A DNA stretch of 64,000 nucleotides from a virus. Below the pieces are notes generated by a model. That model ran no database searches. It was not told where the DNA came from and saw only the letters and a program-made list of their open reading frames with translations. The translations under genes and the position numbers were made by a program. Where the stretch lies: the IMG/VR virus record IMGVR_UViG_3300035670_000024. One strand, 5' to 3'. This document shows, in pieces, positions 20,301-31,000 of the stretch (position 1 is its first letter; each line of letters begins with the position of its first letter).

Positions 20301-21770
20301 CAATCCTTGAATTCCTTGATTGCCTTGTAATCCTTGAAGACCTTGAGAACCTTGAGCGCCTGAAGTTCCCTGAGAACCAAATGTTCCTTGAGAACCTGCT
20401 ACACCTTGATTACTTAAACCTTGAGTACCTTGATTTCCCTGAAGACCTTGAGCACCTTGGGAACCTGAAGTGCCTTGAGAACCTGAAGTGCCTTGAAATC
20501 CAGATGAACCTTGAGTACCTTGATTTCCCTGAGCACCTTGATTACTTAAACCTTGAACACCTTGATTTCCTTGAAATCCTGATGAACCTTGAGCGCCAGA
20601 AACACCTTGATTACTTAAACCCTGAATACCTTGACCCCCTTGAGCACCTTCTGGGCCTACAGAAGCATAAACTTCCCAAGTAGTTCCATCATAAATTAAA
20701 TCAACTTTTACTCCAGGAATATCAAGAATTAAATCCTCATCAAATCCTTCAATTGTTGAACCGTTTCTTGCAACTGTTAAGTTATTTGTTTCCCAGTTAT
20801 TACCATCTGCAATAGTTATAAAATTTCCATTTAAAGGAGTTGCTGGAAGTGTAATAGTAAAAGAACCACCAGAAGTATCGGCAATAATTTGTTCGCCATT
20901 TATTGCTGTATAATTTTCAGTTTTTCTAGTCCATAATCCACCAAAAGCACCTGATAAACCTTGAACACCTTGAATAGATTCTCCTTGCAATCCCTGCAAA
21001 CCTTGAAGTCCTTGAGAACCTGTTCCTTGTGATCCTTGAGTTCCTTGAGTTCCTTGAGCACCTTGGCCTCCTTGTGATTCTAATAATTCCCAAGATGCAC
21101 CATTCCAACCATAAAAACTACCAGACTCATACTTAATTTTATCTTCCGTTAGGGTTCCGGTAATATAACCAGAACCATTATTTTCATCAACACGAAATAC
21201 AATTCCTAAAAATTGAATAAAAGTTCCACTAGCAGTGGGTGGAACATTGGTATATCCACCAGCAATACCAAGATATACTTTATCTCCTACATTAAACTGA
21301 GAAGTATCTACACCCTTAATCTCACCCAAGACCAACATTCGGCCTTCTGCTTCGTCTGCTATGGTTTCATCCATAACACCGATAGCAATCTTATTTGTAT
21401 CATCTGCACGAGCAGGTGCTACAGTTATAGTATTTCCAGAAATTCCAACCTGATAAACAGGAGTTCCTTTAGGGATAGTTGAACCTGAAACATTCTTTGC
21501 AGTTTCATAGATGGTTTTTGCATTAACTCTATCAGTCCAATCTACTCCAGTACCAGTAGATATAAGAATTTCATCAGGACTTCCTGGGTTATTATTACTA
21601 TCATATAAAATACCACGAACTCTTATATCTCCAGCAATATCTAAATCTGCAGTTGCATTTGTAGTTCCTATGCCAACTTTACCAGTAACCTCAAGTACTG
21701 TTTTATTTTCGGTATAAGAACTAATACCGACTTTAAGATTTTTTTGACGATTACTGAGATACTTTGCCAT
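17382..21770 (-). CDS. Multi-domain collagen-like tail fibre
   Basis: Three GXQ tracts, VGIGT motifs, T4 gp34-like ADTSGGSFTITLPATP domain. Confidence 0.8.
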   Translation of the reverse strand: MAKYLSNRQKNLKVGISSYTENKTVLEVTGKVGIGTTNATADLDIAGDIRVRGILYDSNNNPGSPDEILISTGTGVDWTDRVNAKTIYETAKNVSGSTIPKGTPVYQVGISGNTITVAPARADDTNKIAIGVMDETIADEAEGRMLVLGEIKGVDTSQFNVGDKVYLGIAGGYTNVPPTASGTFIQFLGIVFRVDENNGSGYITGTLTEDKIKYESGSFYGWNGASWELLESQGGQGAQGTQGTQGSQGTGSQGLQGLQGLQGESIQGVQGLSGAFGGLWTRKTENYTAINGEQIIADTSGGSFTITLPATPLNGNFITIADGNNWETNNLTVARNGSTIEGFDEDLILDIPGVKVDLIYDGTTWEVYASVGPEGAQGGQGIQGLSNQGVSGAQGSSGFQGNQGVQGLSNQGAQGNQGTQGSSGFQGTSGSQGTSGSQGAQGLQGNQGTQGLSNQGVAGSQGTFGSQGTSGAQGSQGLQGLQGNQGIQGLQGLQGNQGTQGLQGTSGSQGSQGVQGLSNQGVQGNQGTQGSQGLQGTQGTSGSQGSQGLQGNQGVQGLSNQGVQGNQGTQGTSGSQGLQGLSGKDGNFGGATFDYTFNTDTTNIDPGTGNLKFNNSNITLANKLYIDDQNDGTTDIQSFLRTIDDSTSTIKGHFRISNKFDSSDFALFTISGIIEQTGYFEVDCSYVSGSATSFSSNEDIIITFARTGDKGDTGSQGISGSQGTSGSQGSQGLQGVQGLSNQGSQGLQGRQGTQGLSNQGVQGNQGTSGSQGLQGLQGNQGTQGLQGLQGNQGTQGLQGTIGSQGTSGAQGTLGSQGSQGLQGNQGAQGLQGNQGVQGLSNQGISGSQGSQGLQGNQGLSNQGISGSQGAQGLQGRQGTQGLSNQGIAGSQGTFGSQGTSGAQGTSGSQGTSGAQGTSGSQGTSGAQGSQGLQGNQGAQGLSNQGTSGSQGTSGSQGTSGSQGTSGSQGAQGLQGRQGTQGLSNQGTSGSQGTSGSQGTSGSQGTSGSQGTSGAQGLQGNQGVQGLSNQGSQGLQGRQGTQGLSNQGVQGVQGPAGNASEGGSGISTFYNISSVETKPYYIGLSTVNSGLTTALFASPSLVVSGLGSVGIGTSIPTQSLDVNGNIRIRGSVYDSFNNVGIAGSIIVSTASGATRWAPRTYIQPSSAGISSVVGDIWINENTGVTYRYYNDGNSQQWVEFGPEPTGPTGLQGNQGVQGLSNQGSQGLQGRQGTQGLSNQGISGSQGSQGLQGNQGTIGSQGSQGLQGNQGVQGLSNQGSQGLQGRQGTQGLSNQGISGSQGSQGLQGNQGTIGSQGNQGLQGNQGVQGLQGDQGVQGVQGLQGIQSTQGLQGNQGTFGPATIPQNVQTTSYVLQASDNGKHIDITTGGVTVPVNVFQVGENVVIYNDSAVAQTITQGSNVTLRYAGTTQTGNRTLGAYGVCTVLCVADVNNADVFIISGAGLT
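18733..18819. repeat. Perfect 18-bp tandem repeat (cctgaagttccttgagaa x ~4.8) encoding SQGTSG
   Basis: Read directly; a similar array lies at ~18870-18942. Confidence 0.85.
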
Positions 21771-21779
21771 TTGAAGATA

Positions 21780-22109
21780 TTAATTGAGGGTTTCTAAGAT
21801 GCTTGCGACAAATTTTAAATTGCTGGCATTACTACCTGATAATACTAATTTATCTCCACTTTCAAGAACCAATTTTCCAGAAAGAAGATTCGCAGTATCA
21901 TTTGCTGAAATTGGAAATTCTTTTAACATTTCAGTATCAGTTGATGATCTGCGATGAGTTAGAGAAACATCTTCATTTGTTGATCCGATGTTTGCAACTT
22001 GCGCTAAAAGAACAACACCTGTATATCCAACAGGAGCAGTATAAATTGAAGTTGCACTTGTGCCTACAACTGAAGTAACTGTTTTAAAAACATTAAGTGC
22101 TAATGCCAT
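21780..22109 (-). CDS. Small virion protein (paralog of 31189..31548)
   Basis: ALNVFKT..IYTAPVG..VLLAQVAN..LVLESGD..SILET. Confidence 0.7.
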   Translation of the reverse strand: MALALNVFKTVTSVVGTSATSIYTAPVGYTGVVLLAQVANIGSTNEDVSLTHRRSSTDTEMLKEFPISANDTANLLSGKLVLESGDKLVLSGSNASNLKFVASILETLN

Positions 22110-22113
22110 TGTA

Positions 22114-25002
22114 TTAATCTCCTCCTAATGCGAGTATGAATGGTGTCACTGTTGAGAATAAACTCTTAGAATAAAATGTTCCTGAAATAGTTCCAGTTTG
22201 CTGATTAATAACTACTCCATCGCCAATTCTGAAATTTCCAGATTGATCAGTAGAAGTGAAAACGACCAGTCCTCCATTAAGAGCACTAGTTTCATTTTCT
22301 TGAATAGGAACACCTCCTACAGAAGGAAGGGCCGTATTAATGTTTGTTCCAGAACCAATATATTCAAGAGAATGTCCTGATGCTAATATTCTACTTTGCT
22401 TAAAGAATGGAACAGCAGTTCCTACTCCAACAGCATAAGGAACATTATCACTTAAAGTTATTGTGCAAATTCCTGCAGATACTGGAGTTGATTTTTCAAT
22501 TATATAATAAGTAGGAAATATATTTGCAGTACCAGTTGCAGTATTAATACCCACATTCGGAGAATCAAAAGTTACTTTTGGAGTGGTAGTATATCCTCTT
22601 CCATTAGAGATCATTTCAACTGAAACTATAGACCCATCTCTTACTTCTGCTACAGCAGTTGCAGGAATACCCCAAGAAGTTTCTGGATCTTCAATAGTAA
22701 GTTCTACAGTTCCAGTGTAACCACTTCCACCTGAAGTAATACTAATACCATTTATACTATAAAAAAGTCTATCAAAATAAACCACTTGACCATCAAAAGG
22801 ACGAACTACATTAATTTTTACAGTTCCTCCAGAATTATAAGTATGCGGTAAAGTAGATGTTCCAACATAAACACTAAATGTAGTACTAGCAGCAGAAACA
22901 GCAGGAAGAGCATTTGCACCGCTAATGTTACCAGCATTCAATCTTGAAGTAACAATTCCTACAAGATTATCAATAAATGATTGAACATCTGCACAAGAAG
23001 ATGGATCTGTATTAGAATTAGTTAATGGATCTGCGGCAATTGTTAAATCTTTATTATTCAAATTATTTGTAATGGCAAGTTTCATCAATTCTCTTGCCGT
23101 AGTAAATCCAACAATTGTTTGAGGAATTTCACTTGAAATTCCAACAATTAATGACGATCCATCATAACTGAAATAAGATCTAGTAGTTTCAATGATATTC
23201 TTAGAAGTAAAATCTCTTACATCTGTAGAAACAGCATCAACAATATAACCAATATCTCTTAAACATTTTGATCCTCCTTCAGTCAAAGTTCCATAATTAT
23301 CCTCACTTGAAATAGAACTTAACGAACCTTGAGAAATAACTGATGTTACAATTCCAACTAAGTTATCAATATTACTTTGAACATCTGCACAAGAATTTGG
23401 ATCAGTATTACTACCAGTCAATGGATCTGCAGTAATTGTTAAATCAGTGTATACTGCACCAGAAAGAGTATTTGTAATCGCATCTTTCATCAATTCTTTT
23501 GCTTCCGAGAAAGCATAAATTGATTCTGTTTCTTCACCAACTAATCCATTCGTAATTGGTACTCCAGCACCATCAAAATATTGCCTTACGAATTGTCTTG
23601 AATATCTATTGCCTCCAGTAAATACATCTGTGGCGATTGCATCTACAAAATATCCAAGGTCTCTTTTACACTTGTTTATTGTAGTGGATATGCCAGGATA
23701 AGCATTACTAGTATTAGTCCATGCAGTATCAACAATAACACTCTTGTTTTTTATAATCAAACGATATGCATCATAATATCTTGATCTGGTATTTGTTTGA
23801 CTATCACCTCTAAAATAAAAATCTGGATATTCTACTGCAATGGCTGCCAATGATTTATCTTGTATTTCTCTTCTATTTGCCTGAATTAAATTATAAGAAT
23901 CTACATACCTACCTGGAGCAACCGTAACAGTTTGAAAAACATATCCTTTATTTCCTGAAGGATAAGTTACAATTCCTGGGCCAGAAGGACAAGTAAATGC
24001 CAATCCTACAATTGACACACCCATTCCAACTGAGAAATTATGAGCAGAGTCTGTAGTTGCAGTTAAAATACCAGTAGCATTATCATAAGTTGCTGATGTT
24101 ATGTTTAAAGTTGGAGTGTTTAAATCTATGGCAAACTCAAATGCATTTGCATCTTCTGCTTGTGCAACAGAACCTGTATATTTTAAAGGGCCTACTCCGT
24201 CAGAAACTAAAGCAAAATTGCCAAAAGAAGAGTTAGAATTAGTTAGATCACAAGCAGCTCCAGTTCCACAAAAAACTGCAATATCATTACAAATTGTAAA
24301 CATGGATACCAATTGAGCATAACCTTCATTGGTAATTGAACAACCAATCCCACCTTGATTATATTGAGTATATGAATCAAGAACCATAGATTTAAGAGGC
24401 CCTATTGCTTTAGAACCATCAATTTTTAATCCAATTGAATTTGGAATAAAGTTAGTGCAGTTCTGTATATAAGGTGATTGATTAAAATATCCAATTTGAT
24501 TTGGATTAAAAGCAAAAATTGCCTTACCTGGATTTAAAGTTCCAGTATAAGACATTTCTGCCACATAATTTCCATTTGAAACATAAAATAAATCTTCATT
24601 TGCATTTTGTGGAGAAACTGATACTTCTCTTAAACTTTCTCCAACAATAGATACCTGTTCGGGAATAACAAGAGGGTTATTTTCTACATAAGATCCAGCA
24701 CTAACTTTAATAATTGTTCCTGTTCTTGCTTCTGTAAGTGCTGCTCCGATTGTTCTTTTTGCGTCTCCGAGTTTTTTTCCTGTGTTTGTGTCAGTTCCAT
24801 CTTGAGTTACATAGAGAATATTAGTAACAGTTATACCTGCACCAATGGAAACAATATCAGTTCCTATTCCCGCTCTTTCTCTTGCAATAAAAAGCTCGCC
24901 ATCATTTGTATTTAAAGCTAACTCCCCCAAAGGCAACTGATCTACCGTGGGTTTTTTTCCAGGAACTGATGACCGCTTTATGCGGATAATAGGTGCCGCC
25001 AT
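22114..25002 (-). CDS. Large tail fibre/tailspike-like protein with pectin-lyase-like beta-helix segments (paralog of 31550..35539)
   Basis: Mtd_N-like N-terminus; YVTQDGTD..GSYVENNP; SPYIQNCTNF, YTQYNQGGIG, GHSLEYIGSG, TSTDQSGNF. Confidence 0.7.
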   Translation of the reverse strand: MAAPIIRIKRSSVPGKKPTVDQLPLGELALNTNDGELFIARERAGIGTDIVSIGAGITVTNILYVTQDGTDTNTGKKLGDAKRTIGAALTEARTGTIIKVSAGSYVENNPLVIPEQVSIVGESLREVSVSPQNANEDLFYVSNGNYVAEMSYTGTLNPGKAIFAFNPNQIGYFNQSPYIQNCTNFIPNSIGLKIDGSKAIGPLKSMVLDSYTQYNQGGIGCSITNEGYAQLVSMFTICNDIAVFCGTGAACDLTNSNSSFGNFALVSDGVGPLKYTGSVAQAEDANAFEFAIDLNTPTLNITSATYDNATGILTATTDSAHNFSVGMGVSIVGLAFTCPSGPGIVTYPSGNKGYVFQTVTVAPGRYVDSYNLIQANRREIQDKSLAAIAVEYPDFYFRGDSQTNTRSRYYDAYRLIIKNKSVIVDTAWTNTSNAYPGISTTINKCKRDLGYFVDAIATDVFTGGNRYSRQFVRQYFDGAGVPITNGLVGEETESIYAFSEAKELMKDAITNTLSGAVYTDLTITADPLTGSNTDPNSCADVQSNIDNLVGIVTSVISQGSLSSISSEDNYGTLTEGGSKCLRDIGYIVDAVSTDVRDFTSKNIIETTRSYFSYDGSSLIVGISSEIPQTIVGFTTARELMKLAITNNLNNKDLTIAADPLTNSNTDPSSCADVQSFIDNLVGIVTSRLNAGNISGANALPAVSAASTTFSVYVGTSTLPHTYNSGGTVKINVVRPFDGQVVYFDRLFYSINGISITSGGSGYTGTVELTIEDPETSWGIPATAVAEVRDGSIVSVEMISNGRGYTTTPKVTFDSPNVGINTATGTANIFPTYYIIEKSTPVSAGICTITLSDNVPYAVGVGTAVPFFKQSRILASGHSLEYIGSGTNINTALPSVGGVPIQENETSALNGGLVVFTSTDQSGNFRIGDGVVINQQTGTISGTFYSKSLFSTVTPFILALGGD

Positions 25003-25027
25003 ATTATCTTATTGGTATTTACCTTCA

Positions 25028-25051
25028 AAAAACTCTTATGTAAGAGTTTTT
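25028..25051. promoter_or_regulatory. Inverted repeat AAAAACTCTTA-TG-TAAGAGTTTTT (hairpin/terminator-like) just downstream of late promoter ATAAATA (25054-25060, minus strand)
   Basis: Perfect 11-bp arms read directly. Confidence 0.5.
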
Positions 25052-25056
25052 ATTAT

Positions 25057-25266
25057 TTATGAAAAATCTTCTTCTATCTTTGATACCTTTTTAGACTTCT
25101 TCATTTTTTCAATTTCTTCATTTAAATCATTAATTTTTCTATTTAATGCTTCAATTAGTTGATTTGAATTCATTAATCTTGCTTCAAGTGCAATTGTTTG
25201 TGCGGTTAAATCACTTACCTTTTGTTGGTATACTGAGAGAAGATTTTTAATTTCTTGTTCGTTCAT
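25057..25266 (-). CDS. Small coiled-coil protein
   Basis: Heptad pattern; start re-assigned to MNEQEIK because a CTAAATA late promoter lies at 25287-25293. Confidence 0.6.
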   Translation of the reverse strand: MNEQEIKNLLSVYQQKVSDLTAQTIALEARLMNSNQLIEALNRKINDLNEEIEKMKKSKKVSKIEEDFS

Positions 25267-25299
25267 TTCAATTAAAATTTCTATCCTATTTAGAGACAT

Positions 25300-25325
25300 A
25301 AAAAAGAGGAGGATTTCTCCTCCTC
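25300..25325 (-). terminator. Rho-independent terminator
   Basis: Stem GAGGAGGA / TCCTCCTC with 4-nt loop, followed by T6 on the minus strand, right after the stop of the 643-aa gene. Confidence 0.85.
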
Positions 25326-25349
25326 GTATAAAGACTTAAATATTAATTA

Positions 25350-27281
25350 TTAAAAAGTACCACCATCAATTATAGCATTAGTAATAGTAACTTCACTATT
25401 TACACAACCAATGACTTCTACTGGATTTGCACCACAACCAGCAACATAAAGTCCACCAATTTCAAGAGAACCATTAGTAACAGCAGTAAGAATACTACTT
25501 GCTTCAGTTACTTCACTAGCAACCTTGATTCTTCCAACACTATCATCCCAATATACTGCTGCTTTTTTAGCAGAAGTATCAAAGTAGTGGAATATTAAAC
25601 CAGCATCAATGTTAGCATCGCTTGATGGAGGAACAAGATTACCACTGTTATCTACAAGACCTACTTCAATTAGAGAATCCTTGACAAGAAGGGTCTCTGT
25701 ATTTACAGTAGTTGTAGCACCATTTACAAAAAGATCACCTTGAACAGTAAGATTATTGGAAACAGTAAGATTGGTTGAAACACCTACATTGCTACTTGAA
25801 TCAATAGTTATTGCATTAGATCCAGGAGATATTCCATCATAGTGAGCAATGGCGTCAACATATAAAGTACCAGTAACATATGAAGATCCATCTACATATG
25901 AATCATTGATAACAGTAAGATCATTTGCAAGAGTAACATCTCCAGTTGTATCAGTAAGAGTTATTGCAGAAGCTCCATCAGAAGCATAAATCTCATTTCC
26001 ACCAACTGTTAATGTTCCAGCAACTGTCACATCAGTTGCAAGTCCAACAGTAACTGTTTGTCCTGATACTGAAGTTCTTATTTCATTTGCAGTACCTGCA
26101 ATAGTAAGACTTTGGGTATCAAGATCAATTGTTCCTGTTCCACTATCACCAGCAATACCTAGATCATCATCTTGATCTATAGCATTGATTTGTGTTGCAA
26201 CATAATCAATAACTGCAGATGAAGTTGGAACTGAAGAAGTTGAAGTTCCTGTAGAAACTGATGCAGAAAATTGAGTAATACCTACTCCAGTTCCCACTGT
26301 AAGAGAAGTGCCATCAAAAGTTAGATTTGCACTATCTTCAAGTTCTCCACCAGTACCAGCAAGAACTACTCTGCCAGAAGTTAAATCACTAACAGTAGCA
26401 CTTGCGAAAGTTGCAGCAACAGAAACATTAACAGTATCTAATTCTGCAAGTCCAGTAACATCTAAACCACCATCAGCATTAAGAAGACCGCCAATGGTGC
26501 CGATACCTGTTACATTAAGGGTATCAAAATCGTTAGGATCTAATGAAAGAAGATCTTCAAGAGTTGCTATTGTAGTAGCATCAACGGTTTGAATACCTGC
26601 AAGAGTAATTAAACCGCCATTGTCATAAAGAACTTGAGTTGTTCCAATATAAAGTTCGCCTACGGTAGAAATACCAGAGGTTGTTGAATTATCGTAAGCA
26701 AGTTCTGTGAAAGTACCTGCAGCAGCTGAAGAAGCACCAATTACAGTGCCATCAATATTACCACCGTTAATGTCGGCAGTAGCAATAGTGCCTACACCAG
26801 AAACATTGATATCATCAAATTCTGCATTTCCAGTAACATCAATACCTCCATCGGCCTCAATAAGACCACTGAAGGTTGAAATGCCTGTAAAAGTGGAGTT
26901 ACTGATTGTAACACTATCAAAAGATGCTCCACTGGTAACTGATGCCCACTCAAGAACACCAGCTGAACCTAATTTGAGGAAGTGTCCTGTAGTACCTCCA
27001 CCCTGAGGAAGAGTATAAGTTACAGGAGTGGATACTGTTGCTGGAGCGCGAAGTGAAACTCCGCTAGTACCATCCTTATCTACAAGCTTAAATTGTGCTG
27101 CATCAGTTCCATTTTCACGAGTCCAATAACGAGCAGAACCGAAGAATTGGTTTGTTTCTGTGGATGATGAAAGACCTACATAAAGGTCGTACTTGTCTGT
27201 TGTAAAACCTGGCTCTCCAGCACGAAGACCAGGAAGATTTACAAACAGACCTCTCTTAAACTGAAGTGTTGGAGATGCCAT
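25350..27281 (-). CDS. Tail fibre protein
   Basis: Mtd_N-like LQFKRG..GEPGFTTD start; beta-repeats; GDLFVNGATTTVNT..KDSLIEVG motif. Confidence 0.7.
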   Translation of the reverse strand: MASPTLQFKRGLFVNLPGLRAGEPGFTTDKYDLYVGLSSSTETNQFFGSARYWTRENGTDAAQFKLVDKDGTSGVSLRAPATVSTPVTYTLPQGGGTTGHFLKLGSAGVLEWASVTSGASFDSVTISNSTFTGISTFSGLIEADGGIDVTGNAEFDDINVSGVGTIATADINGGNIDGTVIGASSAAAGTFTELAYDNSTTSGISTVGELYIGTTQVLYDNGGLITLAGIQTVDATTIATLEDLLSLDPNDFDTLNVTGIGTIGGLLNADGGLDVTGLAELDTVNVSVAATFASATVSDLTSGRVVLAGTGGELEDSANLTFDGTSLTVGTGVGITQFSASVSTGTSTSSVPTSSAVIDYVATQINAIDQDDDLGIAGDSGTGTIDLDTQSLTIAGTANEIRTSVSGQTVTVGLATDVTVAGTLTVGGNEIYASDGASAITLTDTTGDVTLANDLTVINDSYVDGSSYVTGTLYVDAIAHYDGISPGSNAITIDSSSNVGVSTNLTVSNNLTVQGDLFVNGATTTVNTETLLVKDSLIEVGLVDNSGNLVPPSSDANIDAGLIFHYFDTSAKKAAVYWDDSVGRIKVASEVTEASSILTAVTNGSLEIGGLYVAGCGANPVEVIGCVNSEVTITNAIIDGGTF

Positions 27282-27379
27282 ATTTTCCTTTGATTGATAA
27301 TTTGACTAGCTAGTACAAAAATTCACATCAAATTATTAATATGAGCAAATTAAAAAACATCATTACTAATATTTATTTC

Positions 27380-27685
27380 TTAAAATTCTCCAGCATCAAC
27401 ATCAATTTTATTATCTAAATCAATATCTAGTTGATTAGTAAAATTAGCAGGCAATCCTGGTTGAATCGGTTCACTTGTAGCTGCAGAAAGAACTTCATCT
27501 GGATTTACTAATTTATATAATCCAGTTGAGGAATCATACATAACAACATACTTATCCTTCTTATCAGTTTCTGTAATGCCAACATCAATAAGATCTTGCA
27601 GTTTTGCAGGCACTTGAAGACCTCCTATAGTTGATACTACTTTAAAGGAATTTTGAGAACTTAATCTTACATTAAAATCGGTCAT
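27380..27685 (-). CDS. Hypothetical virion-associated protein
   Basis: 101 aa, ends DAGEF; ATGA overlap with upstream gene. Confidence 0.6.
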   Translation of the reverse strand: MTDFNVRLSSQNSFKVVSTIGGLQVPAKLQDLIDVGITETDKKDKYVVMYDSSTGLYKLVNPDEVLSAATSEPIQPGLPANFTNQLDIDLDNKIDVDAGEF

Positions 27686-28044
27686 AATGATGCGGTGTCA
27701 GAAACAATAATTGATCCTTCAACGACCTTTCTAGTTAAAAATGTAACTCCAATTCCATTTGGATTTTGAGTTGGCCCAGTAACTAAAATATCAAAATAAT
27801 TTCTTCCAGATTCTAATAGTTCTGTCGTAGTTTTTGCCATAGAAATTACAACTTCTCCAGTGGCACCAATAATCTCAACTGTAAACTCTTGAAATTTTGG
27901 AGAAGATGGATATTTTCTTATCTTTGCTTTCCCAGAATAATACTGAGAAAAAACATAATTTGATGAATCCGACTGAAGAACTTTAAATTTTGCATCAAAG
28001 TCAGTTCCTTTTTCAAGTACTAAATTGACTACAGCAACTGCCAT
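27682..28044 (-). CDS. Small Ig-like virion/baseplate adaptor protein
   Basis: NLVLEKGTDF..AKIRK..GRNYFDIL..VEG pattern; late promoter CTAAATA at 28064-28070. Confidence 0.6.
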   Translation of the reverse strand: MAVAVVNLVLEKGTDFDAKFKVLQSDSSNYVFSQYYSGKAKIRKYPSSPKFQEFTVEIIGATGEVVISMAKTTTELLESGRNYFDILVTGPTQNPNGIGVTFLTRKVVEGSIIVSDTASL

Positions 28045-28072
28045 AAGAACCGGGATTTTTAATTATTTAGTA

Positions 28073-31000
28073 TTAGATCTTATTTTCTAAATTTTCAATT
28101 CTTACTTGCTGTTCTTTAATTGCTTCAATTAAAACTCCTACTAAGTTTCCATAAGAAACTGATCTTAATCCATTTGAATTCACTTGTACAACTTCTGGAA
28201 TAACCTTTTCCAATTCTTGAGCAACAACACCAATTGAAGGTAAATTATTATCTATCCAATTGTATCTAACTCCTCTTAATTGTTTTACAATGTCAATGGA
28301 ATTTTCAATGGTTTTTATGTTTGTTTTCTGAGTTTCATCTGACAATGAATTAAAGATAGTTGCGGATAGAGTGCCAGTTGAAGGATTGAAAAATAGTTTT
28401 GAAGATGATACATTTGCTTGAGTTATAACTCCAGAAGTAGCATCATCAAAAATTAAATACCTTGATGCAGCAGTAGTAGTATCATCTGAAATTGTAAGAC
28501 CTCCATTATTGGATCCTTGAACACCCTGATTTGCTATTCCTTGAACACCTTGATTTCCTTGAGTACCTATTATTCCTTGAGAACCTTGAGTACCTTGAGA
28601 ACCTTGAAATCCAAAAGATCCGACTACACCTTGATTTCCTTGAGTACCAAAAGTTCCTTGAATACCTTGAGTGCCTTGAGAACCTTGAGAACCATTAGAA
28701 CCTGATGTTCCGATTGTTCCTTGTGCTCCTGAGGTTCCTTGTGCTCCTGAGGTTCCTTGTCTTCCTTGAGTACCTTGAATACCTTGAGAACCTACTGCAC
28801 CTTGAAGGCCTGTAGATCCTACAGATCCAGATAGTCCTTGATTTCCTTGAGTTCCTTGTGTTTGACCAGCTAATCCTTGAGATCCTTGATTACTCAAACC
28901 TTGAGTACCTTGTCTACCTTGAATTCCTATTGTTCCTTGAGAACCTTGAGTACCTTGACCACCAACTGCACCAAATAGACCTTGGATTCCTTGAGAACCT
29001 ATTGTTCCTTGAGAACCTTGAGTACCTTGACCACCAACAGCACCAACAGCACCAAATAAACCTTGTGTTCCCTGAGTACCTATTGTTCCTTGAACACCTT
29101 GAGTACCTTGACCGCCAACGGCACCAAATAAACCTTGAGTGCCTTGTCTACCTTGAATACCTATTGTTCCTTGAGAACCTTGAGTACCTTGACCACCAAC
29201 AGCACCAAATAAACCTTGATTTCCTTGAGAACCAATTGTTCCCTGAACACCTTGAGCACCTTGACCACCAACGGCACCAAATAAACCTTGAGTGCCTTGT
29301 CTACCTTGAATACCTATTGTTCCTTGAGAACCTTGAGTACCTTGACCGCCAACGGCACCAAATAGACCTTGATTTCCTTGAGTACCTTGATTACCCTGCA
29401 ATCCTTGAGCACCTTGACCACCAACAGCACCAAATAAACCTTGAGTGCCTTGTCTACCTTGAGAACCAATTGTTCCTTGAACACCTTGATCTCCTTGACC
29501 ACCAACTGCGCCAAATAGACCTTGATTTCCTTGAGTACCAATTGTTCCTTGAACACCTTGATTACTTAGTCCTTGAGAACCTTGATTTCCTAATAGGCCT
29601 TGAAGACCTTGATTGCCCTGATTACCTTGAATACCTTGAGCACCTTGCCCACCAACGGCACCAAATAAACCTTGCGTTCCCTGAGTACCTTGAGCACCTT
29701 GATTACTTAAACCTTGCGTTCCCTGAGTACCTTGAGCACCTTGATTACTTAAACCTTGTGTTCCCTGAGTACCTTGAGATCCTTGAGTACCTTGTCCACC
29801 TACACCACCAAATAATCCTTGAGTACCTTGTAAACCTTGAGATCCTGATGTACCTTGATTACCTTGAACACCTTGATTACTTAAACCTTGAACACCTTGT
29901 CTACCTTGAGTTCCTTGTGTCCCTTGTCCTCCTTGCAATCCTTGTGTTCCCTGATCTCCCCGACTCCCTTGTAAACCTTGATTACCTTGAACACCTTGAT
30001 TACCTTGTAATCCTTGAGTTCCTTGTAATCCTTGAGTTCCTTGTAAACCTTGATTTCCTTGAATACCTTGATTTGATAATCCCTGAACACCTTGAAAACC
30101 TTGAGAACCTATTGTCCCTTGAGATCCTGTTGTTCCTTGATTTGATAATCCTTGAGTACCTTGAGTACCTTGTGATCCTTGAGTACCTTGAGTACCTTGA
30201 ACACCTTGATTTGATAATCCTTGAGTACCTTGTCTCCCTTGCAATCCTTGAGACCCTTGGGATCCTTGCAGACCTTGAGTACCTTGTAATCCTTGTGTAC
30301 CCTGAGTTCCTTGTAATCCCTGAACACCTTGATTTGCTAAACCTTGTGTACCTTGAGTTCCTTGGGGGCCACTAATGTTTCCGACATTAATCCAAGTTCC
30401 ACCACCACTATAAACCCAAAGTTCATTTAAAGCATCATCTAAAACAGCATTTCCAATTTCTGCACTAGGAAATTCTGTATTTAATAATATTTGAGGGTCG
30501 TTTGGAGGATCAACATTCGCATCTTCAACATATCCTATAATTACTGTTGCTTGTCCTGCTGATCCTTGAATTCCTTGTCCAATAATCCCTTGAGTACCTT
30601 GAAGCCCTTGAGTACCTTGAACACCTTGATTACTTAAACCTTGTGTTCCCTGAGTGCCTTGTGTTCCCTGAGTACCTTGAGTACCTTGAGTACCTTGATT
30701 TGATAATCCTTGAGTACCTTGATTTCCCTGAAGACCTTGTGTTCCCTGAACACCTTGATTTGCTAAACCTTGTGTACCTTGAGTTCCTTGAGATCCCTGA
30801 ACACCTTGATTTGCTAAACCTTGTGTACCTTGTAAACCTTGTGTTCCTTGTAATCCTTGTGTTCCTTGTAATCCTTGTGTTCCTTGAACACCTTGGAATC
30901 CTTGAAGACCTTGAGTTCCTTGAGTTCCTTGAATTCCCTGAGTCGTAATGTCTAATGAAGGAACCCAAAATCTTTCACCAGTATATCCTTCAGCTGCAAT

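Noticed and set aside
12778-30375. Long plus-strand ORFs rich in LE(x)L/LDYL repeats (e.g. 12778..14010, 15072..16418, 18638..19657, 28858..30375)
   Set aside because: They are antisense shadows of the CAAGG-rich Gly-X-Gln codons, coincide exactly with the repeat tracts, and oppose the operon direction
12600-30950. Repeat tracts as CRISPR arrays
   Set aside because: The repeats are in-frame coding units with periods that are multiples of 3, with no unique spacers and no cas genes
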